This document shows positions 8,789 through 14,597 of a DNA stretch of 14,597 nt, in pieces (within the stretch, counting starts at the first letter, position 1; every line of letters starts with the position of its first letter). The stretch comes from Promethearchaeota archaeon. Lineage in GTDB: Archaea > Asgardarchaeota > Lokiarchaeia > Sigyniarchaeales > SOKP01. The notes beneath the pieces are model-generated. The model was not told the DNA's origin. It made no database searches and saw only the letters and a program-made list of their open reading frames with translations. A program made the position numbers and the translations under genes. Location of the stretch: assembly GCA_004524535.1 (NCBI GenBank), contig SDNY01000094.1, positions 1 through 14,597 on the forward strand, in the 5' to 3' direction.

Positions 8789-8803
8789 TTCTATTTAACT
8801 TTC
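8789..8803 (-). promoter_or_regulatory. Putative BRE-TATA promoter for the 8290..8724 gene
   Basis: The minus strand reads gaaagTTAAATAg about 65-80 nt above the ATA. The support is weak in such AT-rich DNA. Confidence 0.3.
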
Positions 8804-8837
8804 ATCAATATCAAGAAGGAATCTCTTCAATAAATTT

Positions 8838-9263
8838 CTATATTCCATATAATTCAAATTCAAAATCTACAGTTCGATATAATTCATTTGTAAAATCTAA
8901 ATTAGTATATCTTTTAAGGAATAATTCTATTAGAGGTTCTACCTTTTTTAAAAAATATTTAACTTGTTTATCTTGTTTTTTCTTTTTTTCAACCAAACCG
9001 TAAAAGATTAATGGTTCTTTGGAAGGATTATCTTTTGTCTTAATTTCACTAATTTTAAAAATAAATAAAAAATTCCCTGATTCTAAATATTCTAAAGCAT
9101 CATCAGTATAAGTTTTTGAAACGAATAAATTTATTGCACTAAAAAAGGAGCCTCTTAAATCTTTATGTGGCGCAATGTTTTTTTTATTGGGAATTTGTTT
9201 TAAATGGCGATTGACTAAGGTCGTACCTCTGAACACTATTCCGATCTCATGTAGGTACTTCAA
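8838..9263 (-). CDS. Longin-like domain protein, 141 aa (paralogue 1)
   Basis: TTG start. Motifs EIGIVFRG, KDLRGSFFSAINLFV, LEYLESGNFLFIFK, P-LIFYGLVEKKKK and VKYFLKKVEPLIELF are nearly the same as in the downstream paralogue. Confidence 0.85.
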   Translation of the reverse strand: MKYLHEIGIVFRGTTLVNRHLKQIPNKKNIAPHKDLRGSFFSAINLFVSKTYTDDALEYLESGNFLFIFKISEIKTKDNPSKEPLIFYGLVEKKKKQDKQVKYFLKKVEPLIELFLKRYTNLDFTNELYRTVDFEFELYGI

Positions 9264-9351
9264 TTTTTTATCAGATATTCCTTATTATTTAGAATAAAAT
9301 TTTTATTATTTTAATAGGTATATAACTATTTAGTAAACTTGTATTATAGAT

Positions 9352-10068
9352 TTATTTCCTACGAAGTTTTCGATTTAACCTTTTTATTAAATCTTGAGTT
9401 TGAACAACATAAACGAATATTAATTCCATAGCACGCAATGCGGCGTTATGAAGCTTTTCTGACCATCCAGCAGTCGCATCGTCTACTACAAAGACATTAT
9501 ACCCTAAATCAGATGCAATTCTACTAGTATTCTCAACGCACATATGAGTAACAACTCCTGTTACAATTACAGTTTCTATTCCAAGACTTTTTAATTGATG
9601 GTCAAGATCAGTAGAGGAGAAAGTTCCACTAGTAGTTTTTAAAAGGATAACATCGTTTCCTTTGGGAGGCAATTCTGGGATAATTTCGGCATTTTGATTG
9701 TCTTTACTTGGAAAGACACATTCTCCTATTGTTTGCTCAGCATATTTATTGAATATGCGAATATGCTTGGCGTAATCTTTTCGATCTGGTCTATTTGAAG
9801 CAAATTTTGTATAAAAAACTGGAAGGTCATGTGCTTGAAAAAACTCAAGTAATTCTTTGATATTAGGTATAACTATTTTCTCTACTCTGTTTAAAAAATA
9901 TTCAAGCATCCCTGGCGAAAATCTTTCAAATAGTTTAACTACTGGTGAATGTCCTTTGACCTGATAATCTTGCATATCGATTATAATTAACGCACAAGTT
10001 TGCGGATTAATAACGGGTTTTAAACCCCTTCTAACTTTCAGGAACAGGTCTATTTTTTCCTCAGTCAT
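9352..10068 (-). CDS. Isochorismatase-family cysteine hydrolase
   Basis: The Asp-Lys-Cys triad motifs are intact: ALIIIDMQ, K-TTSGTF, GVVTHMCVENT. Also LGYNVFVVDDAT and H-NAAL. Confidence 0.93.
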   Translation of the reverse strand: MTEEKIDLFLKVRRGLKPVINPQTCALIIIDMQDYQVKGHSPVVKLFERFSPGMLEYFLNRVEKIVIPNIKELLEFFQAHDLPVFYTKFASNRPDRKDYAKHIRIFNKYAEQTIGECVFPSKDNQNAEIIPELPPKGNDVILLKTTSGTFSSTDLDHQLKSLGIETVIVTGVVTHMCVENTSRIASDLGYNVFVVDDATAGWSEKLHNAALRAMELIFVYVVQTQDLIKRLNRKLRRK

Positions 10069-10249
10069 TTTAGGTTTTCCACGAATAATATGTTAGGTTA
10101 TAACTTCTTTTAACCATATATAATTTAATATTTTTAAAAATAATTCATAATAAGACTTAAATTTATACAAACGATTAAGATGATTAGGAGAAATTTTATA
10201 TTTTCATAAAAGAAATTGTTAATACTAAAATAGTTTAGTTGATAAGAAT

Positions 10250-11431
10250 ATGGCAGTATTGATTTGGAGTCCTATTGAAAGAGCCTTATGGGGTTTAGCA
10301 ATAGGTATAGGAGTGATTTGTTCTGGATTTTATATCAATAGGGGAGTGAAAAGAGAAAATCGTTGGGAAAAAACCTTGATGACGGGATTTGGAATGTTTA
10401 TTCTTTGTTTATCGCTAGCTAGAATATTTTATTTTCTTGGCGAAATGGAAATTATTGGAGCTTATAAAAACCAAGGATTCTATGGTGACTACTCAAAAGT
10501 TTCTTCAAGTTATGAATTTTACAATAGGATGTATTACTTAGTAGTCGATATAGGTTTAATCTTTTTCTTCTTCCTCTTTGAATCTTACATTAAGCGAACA
10601 AAATTTCTTTTAACAATCGTGAGTGTGGTTATTGTTATAATTATTCAAATACTTCCATTTAATTCTGCATACATGCTACATAATTATCTTTTTTTCCCTT
10701 TTAGTATGCTTATATTTATCATAATGTTTCTTTTATTAGCAAAAAATTCTCAGAGAGAGTTTAAGGCCGTAGCACCTCTAATATTGTCTGGACTAATGAT
10801 GGGTGCTTTAGCGGCAGTATATAGTGGACCAGAATTTAAGGAACTAGGGGTAATCCCATTAGTAATCCCACCTATTCTTTTTACTTTTGCAACACTGCTT
10901 CTCATAGCACCAATAGTAATTGATCCAGAGAATATCTCCGAATCTTTTATTTATGGGGTAATTGGATTTCTTGTTTTTTTTATCGGAATAATGACTATAG
11001 TATTCTTTTATACAACAGCACTTGAGTTGTTTATACCAATTGTGGTAGTAATTACGGTTCTTATTTACTTCTTTTTGAAAATAATAAAGGTGATGAGAAC
11101 TGCTGAAGCTGATAGAATTAAAAATGATGTTCCCTCTGTAATAGGGATGTTCGCTCGACCTAAAAAGTTAACAGAAGAGGAGGTATCAATCTCCAAAGAA
11201 AAAAAAACATGTTTGGTTTGTAAAGGAAGATTGGTCAGAGCTATGTATATCTGCCCAGAATGCAGTACTTTCTATTGTAATAAATGTTCTGACGCATTGG
11301 TGAATTTGGAAAATGCATGTTGGGTATGTGGGACTGCCATTGATGAGTCAAAACCCGTTAAACCTTTTGAGCCAGAGATAAAGGAGAAGAAGGAAAAAGC
11401 TGATAAGGTAAAAAAACAGAAAGGAAAATAA
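10250..11431 (+). CDS. Polytopic membrane protein (~9 TM) with C-terminal C4C4 RING-like zinc finger
   Basis: About nine hydrophobic segments, then RPKKLTEEEVSISKEKKT and CLVC-x10-CPEC-x4-CNKC-x10-CWVC (11210-11329), then a Lys/Glu-rich tail. Confidence 0.88.
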   Translation: MAVLIWSPIERALWGLAIGIGVICSGFYINRGVKRENRWEKTLMTGFGMFILCLSLARIFYFLGEMEIIGAYKNQGFYGDYSKVSSSYEFYNRMYYLVVDIGLIFFFFLFESYIKRTKFLLTIVSVVIVIIIQILPFNSAYMLHNYLFFPFSMLIFIIMFLLLAKNSQREFKAVAPLILSGLMMGALAAVYSGPEFKELGVIPLVIPPILFTFATLLLIAPIVIDPENISESFIYGVIGFLVFFIGIMTIVFFYTTALELFIPIVVVITVLIYFFLKIIKVMRTAEADRIKNDVPSVIGMFARPKKLTEEEVSISKEKKTCLVCKGRLVRAMYICPECSTFYCNKCSDALVNLENACWVCGTAIDESKPVKPFEPEIKEKKEKADKVKKQKGK

Positions 11432-11490
11432 TGCATTTGCACTCAAAAATATAAAACTATATTTATTTAATATTTCTTATTTTAGTTAAT

Positions 11491-12012
11491 ATGTCTGAAA
11501 TAATTGAAAGATTTAACGAAAAAATTAAGATTTTAGAAGAAACTCTACCATCTCTCAAAGGAGAGATTAATTGTTGTGCCCTTACTTTAACGACTGTTCT
11601 TGAAATTCTTGGCATACCAGAATTACAAAGTTTTTATTTTAATAATCTTGCTGTTCCACTTGCGGGAGGTTTTGGTGGTTTTAAGTCAGAAAAAGGTTGG
11701 AATGGCCCATGTGGTGCTGTCTGTGGGGGATGTGCCGCCATAGGAATAATTATAGGGGGTCAAAAAAAACTTAAATTTAGAGATCATATGAAAGTTTATC
11801 AAAAAGCAGCGACTTATGCCCATAATTTCGAAAAAGAATTTGGAAGCGTTGCTTGCAAAGATTTATGCGGCACAGATTTTAGCGATTTGAATTCTATTAA
11901 TCTTTATATGAAAAATAAAATATGGGAAAAACAATGTTATAAATATGTGGTATTTGGCGTAGACCAAGTAAAGAAACTAACATCGCTCGACCTAAAAAAG
12001 AAATGGCAATAA
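11491..12012 (+). CDS. C_GCAxxG_C_C family putative redox-active protein
   Basis: NCCA, GGFGG, GPCGAVCGG, FEKEFGSVACKDLCG and the C-terminal KQCYKYV match the family's cysteine pattern. Confidence 0.88.
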   Translation: MSEIIERFNEKIKILEETLPSLKGEINCCALTLTTVLEILGIPELQSFYFNNLAVPLAGGFGGFKSEKGWNGPCGAVCGGCAAIGIIIGGQKKLKFRDHMKVYQKAATYAHNFEKEFGSVACKDLCGTDFSDLNSINLYMKNKIWEKQCYKYVVFGVDQVKKLTSLDLKKKWQ

Positions 12013-12204
12013 ATTGCTATGCTCTTATATCAATGTTTTAAAAAAAAAGCCAAATACTTATATTTTTTTATTCTCTCAATAATTTTAATAAAATTCTAAT
12101 TTCAAAATTAAAAATTTTTATACTAATAATGCCTAAATTTTATTATAATTATAATTTTAAAATCTAAAAAATTTTTAAATCACTATTAGAAAAGGGGTAA
12201 GAAG

Positions 12205-12447
12205 ATGGCTAATGATGAAAGTCGTAAGTGTCCCTACTGTGGTGCGCTCCTGCGACACCCATATTGGCAACATATACAGTCAAACCACCCTGGAGAATAT
12301 TCTAAAAACGAAACATGGATACAGCTTTATAAGGATTATTGCTCAATGGGGATGTCACATGATATGAGCGTTATGGTCATTGCTGAACTGTTTAATCAAT
12401 CTAATGCTGATGTCGAATCTTACTTAAAGGAGAGTAAAGTAATTTAG
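12205..12447 (+). CDS. Small C2H2-type zinc finger protein, 80 aa
   Basis: CPYC-x9-H-x4-H (CPYCGALLRHPYWQHIQSNH) followed by a helical C-terminal half. An SD-like AAGGGGT lies at 12192-12198 and a TTTTTAAA TATA-like box at ~12172-12179. Confidence 0.82.
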   Translation: MANDESRKCPYCGALLRHPYWQHIQSNHPGEYSKNETWIQLYKDYCSMGMSHDMSVMVIAELFNQSNADVESYLKESKVI

Positions 12448-12650
12448 CTAGAATTTCTACCAAAAAATCTACTTTTATAATAATCACTATTTTTCTCTAT
12501 ATCATCGATAGGATCATTAAAGTCTGTGATATTAATTTTAAAAGAATTAATTTTAAAATCTAAGTTCTTATAAATATCATTAATGCGTCTAACGTATTGC
12601 GGATTAAATAATATACTTGAAACATCATTAAAATGAGGTGTCTTTATCAT
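12444..12650 (-). CDS. Hypothetical 68-aa ORF or gene remnant
   Basis: An open frame in very AT-rich DNA that overlaps the convergent C2H2 gene by 4 nt. No motif recognised. Confidence 0.3.
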   Translation of the reverse strand: MIKTPHFNDVSSILFNPQYVRRINDIYKNLDFKINSFKINITDFNDPIDDIEKNSDYYKSRFFGRNSS

Positions 12651-12885
12651 TTCATGACAATCCTTAGAATGCTAAAATTAAAAATAATTGACCAATAGAA
12701 ATCCAGAATGATAAAATAGCAATTATCGGTAAATTATTTGAAAAAATACGACGTTGAATAAATAATAAAAATTACCTTCACTTATTTTTAATTATAGGAT
12801 AAAATAGCCTGAGAATCCCATTTACACTAATATTTTTTTTCATTATTAATATTAATTAGAATAAAATGCAAAAATCAGAAAAATA

Positions 12886-13512
12886 TTGAATTTAAATCAG
12901 ATTCATATAACCTTTAACAGTAGAGAAGATTATAGAATACTAACACCTATTCTAAATCAAATTCCACATAAACTTTATTATTTCACTGCTGAAATTAAAA
13001 GCACTGGCCAAAAAGATGAACATTTAGACTTTTTTAATAAAAATTCGTCTTTTTTGAAAGAGAAGATACCTAACTTAATAATTATCCAAAAAGAAGTTGA
13101 TTATACCGATTATATTGAAATTATACAAGAATTATCAAAAATAATAAAAAAAGAGAAGGGAACTAATCCAAATTGCGAATTTTTTATAAATATAGGTACC
13201 GGCTCTAAAATTACCGCTATCGCTTCTACAGAAGCCGCAAGATTATGGAATTGTAAAGCTCTATATGTCCACTCGACTAAATATGACCCATTGACTAAAG
13301 GAGCAAGACATAAGGGTGAAATGATAATCAAATATCCCCCTATTTTTCCCGCTCAAAAACCAATGAAAAAACTTATTAAGGTCTTAAAAATTATTGATAA
13401 CGCAATAAAAGAGCAATTGTCGCTGGTTGGAGATTTTATGTCGGCTTGGAGAATATACAAATGTTGGTGCAAATCGGACTGCTGGGATGGGCGTGTTACG
13501 TTATTATCCTAA
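12886..13512 (+). pseudogene. DUF6293 / CARF-like (HFX_2341, Csa3-like) regulator, C-terminally truncated; the last ~32 codons are out-of-frame cas6 DNA
   Basis: Rossmann/CARF-like pattern: IHITF...RILTPI...KLYYF...DYIEIIQELSKII...FFINIGTGSKITAIASTEAA...ALYVH...PIFP...P...IKVLKII. The expected winged-helix domain stops after its first helix (~13410). The DNA then turns GC-richer and the translation becomes atypical (WRIYKCWCKSDCWDG). Confidence 0.75.
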
Positions 13513-13552
13513 GAAATATCTTTCCGAAGACGATTTATTGAGAAATGAGTAA
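13409..13552 (+). pseudogene. cas6: 3' remnant of CRISPR endoribonuclease Cas6 (last ~47 aa)
   Basis: The alternative + frame reads KSNCRWLEILCRLGEYTNVGANRTAGMGVLRYYPKKYLSEDDLLRNE*. L-x-x-L-[AG]-EY-x-x-VG-x-x-RT-x-GMG matches the Cas6 C-terminal glycine-rich loop (GhGxxxxxGhG, first Gly replaced by Asn). An in-frame TAA at 13406-13408 lies immediately upstream. Confidence 0.85.
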
Positions 13553-13633
13553 TTTATTTAATCCTATAAAGTAGGTTTTTGGTTAATAATAAGTAAATTA
13601 TTATATTGAAAAAAGCATAGACTAATTAAACAT

Positions 13634-13648
13634 AAAGTATATATTTTT
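13634..13648 (+). promoter_or_regulatory. Putative BRE-TATA promoter of the toxin-antitoxin pair
   Basis: aaagTATATATtttt lies ~25-35 nt upstream of the ATG at 13671, which would fit a leaderless or short-leader transcript. Confidence 0.35.
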
Positions 13649-13670
13649 AACATATCATATTGAGAAAACT

Positions 13671-13916
13671 ATGACCACACCGAAAAAAAAAGAGGAAAAA
13701 GGCATACATCAATTGGGAGGAGACGAAAATCTATTTTTTGATCTATCACAGGAAATTATAATGACCTCCCAAGAAGCAAAACTTATGGAAAAAAGCTTAA
13801 AACGGATGAATATTAATGATAAGGTCAAAAATTTTTCTAAATCTAACCATCAATTTTATAAAAAATTGAAAAATAATAATTTTATTATTTCATTAGAAGA
13901 ATTAGAGAAATTATAA
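13671..13916 (+). CDS. Putative antitoxin (81 aa) of a GNAT toxin-antitoxin module
   Basis: A small gene 14 nt upstream of the GNAT toxin, on the same strand. QEIIMTSQEAKLMEKSL loosely resembles the toxin-binding half of DUF1778/TacA antitoxins. Confidence 0.55.
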   Translation: MTTPKKKEEKGIHQLGGDENLFFDLSQEIIMTSQEAKLMEKSLKRMNINDKVKNFSKSNHQFYKKLKNNNFIISLEELEKL

Positions 13917-13930
13917 AAGGAAATTCTAGT

Positions 13931-14434
13931 TTGACAAATCTAGAACTAAAAGATTTAAACGAATCTGCAAATTCAGATAAATTTTCATGTGGAGAAGAGA
14001 AAATAGACTTTTTCTTAAAAGACCTTGCTAAATTTAATCAAAAAAATAAATTTTCAAGAACTTATATATTTACTAAGGAAGAAAATAACGAAATTATTGC
14101 ATTTTTTTCAATTTTAGCTTCACAATTAAACACTGGTGATACTCGAATCTTCGGAATTGATAAAGTACCAGTTATATTATTAGGTAGATTAGGTGTAGAT
14201 GTCAATTACCAAGGGAAAAATTTCGCGGAAGTTATGATAAGAATTGCTATTGAAAAGGCTTTAAAAGTAAGCAAAATAATAGGTTGTCGTTTACTATTAG
14301 TGGAAACATCTTTGAAGATGAAATCTTACTATCTTGAAAGACTATCCATAAACTTCAAATTGTTTAGAGATAAGAAAGAAACTTCAATTATATATATCGA
14401 TTTATTAGAGTATGAGCTTGGGTTCAAAATATAA
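13931..14434 (+). CDS. GNAT-family acetyltransferase toxin (TacT/AtaT-like)
   Basis: FSCG...IDFFLK..A..NQ....SRTY, IIAFFSI, PVILLGRLGVD..YQGKNFA and A..VS..IGCRLLLVE are characteristic of tRNA-acetylating GNAT toxins. TTG start. Confidence 0.88.
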   Translation: MTNLELKDLNESANSDKFSCGEEKIDFFLKDLAKFNQKNKFSRTYIFTKEENNEIIAFFSILASQLNTGDTRIFGIDKVPVILLGRLGVDVNYQGKNFAEVMIRIAIEKALKVSKIIGCRLLLVETSLKMKSYYLERLSINFKLFRDKKETSIIYIDLLEYELGFKI

Positions 14435-14465
14435 CTCTTATATATAAGTAAGAAAAAAACTCCTT

Positions 14466-14481
14466 GCGAACTAAAGTTCGC
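14466..14481. repeat. 16-bp palindrome GCGAACT-AA-AGTTCGC
   Basis: Perfect 7-bp inverted arms with a 2-nt centre, 32 nt downstream of the GNAT stop. Confidence 0.7.
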
Positions 14482-14510
14482 TTCTAATCACAAAACTTTT
14501 TTTCCTTGAA

Positions 14511-14597
14511 CTTAATTTGAGAGCATTCGCTAGGTATGGTAATCTAATTACCTGCCTGCGACCCTCTAGCACCAATGCAACCCACTCTCTAATTAAG
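14511..14597. other. GC-richer, nested self-complementary segment at the window edge (structured RNA, mobile-element end, or 3' end of a minus-strand gene)
   Basis: Arms cttaatttgagag / ctctctaattaag pair at 12 of 13 positions. Inner pairs are gcatt/aatgc, gctag/ctagc and ggtaat/attacc. GC is 38 of 87 bases. Confidence 0.4.

Noticed and set aside
11491-12200. Selenoprotein or SECIS for the C_GCAxxG_C_C gene
   Set aside because: All motif positions are Cys codons, there is no in-frame TGA, and the AT-rich downstream region shows no convincing SECIS hairpin.
13110-13331. Track ORF, 73 aa, minus strand
   Set aside because: Antisense to the conserved CARF-like core.
13400-13420. Programmed frameshift making a CARF-Cas6 fusion
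   Set aside because: Only the last ~47 residues of Cas6 are present, too few to fold or function, so a deletion is the simpler explanation.
13553-14597. CRISPR array near the cas6 remnant
   Set aside because: No regularly spaced direct repeats were seen here or elsewhere in the window.
14511-14597. tRNA, HDV-like or hammerhead ribozyme, or known riboswitch
   Set aside because: There is no cloverleaf or T-loop and no CUGAUGA/GAAA core. The minus-strand GCGAAUG resembles the HDV J4/2 strand, but the P3/L3 elements could not be found.

Overview
AT-rich archaeal window. The gene content points to an Asgard (Lokiarchaeia-like) genome; this is an inference from longin-like proteins, C4C4 zinc-finger-tailed membrane proteins and a cytoplasmic FG-GAP propeller. 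In order: (1) a 5'-truncated giant single-pass surface protein with at least 8.5 Ig-like repeats, a cysteine-free gingipain/C25-like domain followed by a C25-propeptide-like domain, DUF11-like and CARDB domains, a poly-Gly linker, a TM helix and a cytoplasmic RING-like finger; (2) a probable deletion scar holding a headless gene 3' end; (3) an FG-GAP/WD-like beta-propeller with two winged-helix-like repeats; (4) two tandem longin-like paralogues, one apparently starting at ATA; (5) a cysteine hydrolase; (6) a ~9-TM protein with the same RING-like finger as gene 1; (7) a C_GCAxxG_C_C protein and a small C2H2 protein; (8) a DUF6293/CARF-like gene cut short and joined out of frame to the last ~47 codons of cas6, which looks like the scar of a deleted CRISPR-Cas locus and is missed by the ORF track; (9) a GNAT toxin with a putative antitoxin; (10) a GC-richer, self-complementary stretch at the right edge. 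No rRNA, tRNA or CRISPR array was seen. All family calls come from motifs read by eye, with no database searches.
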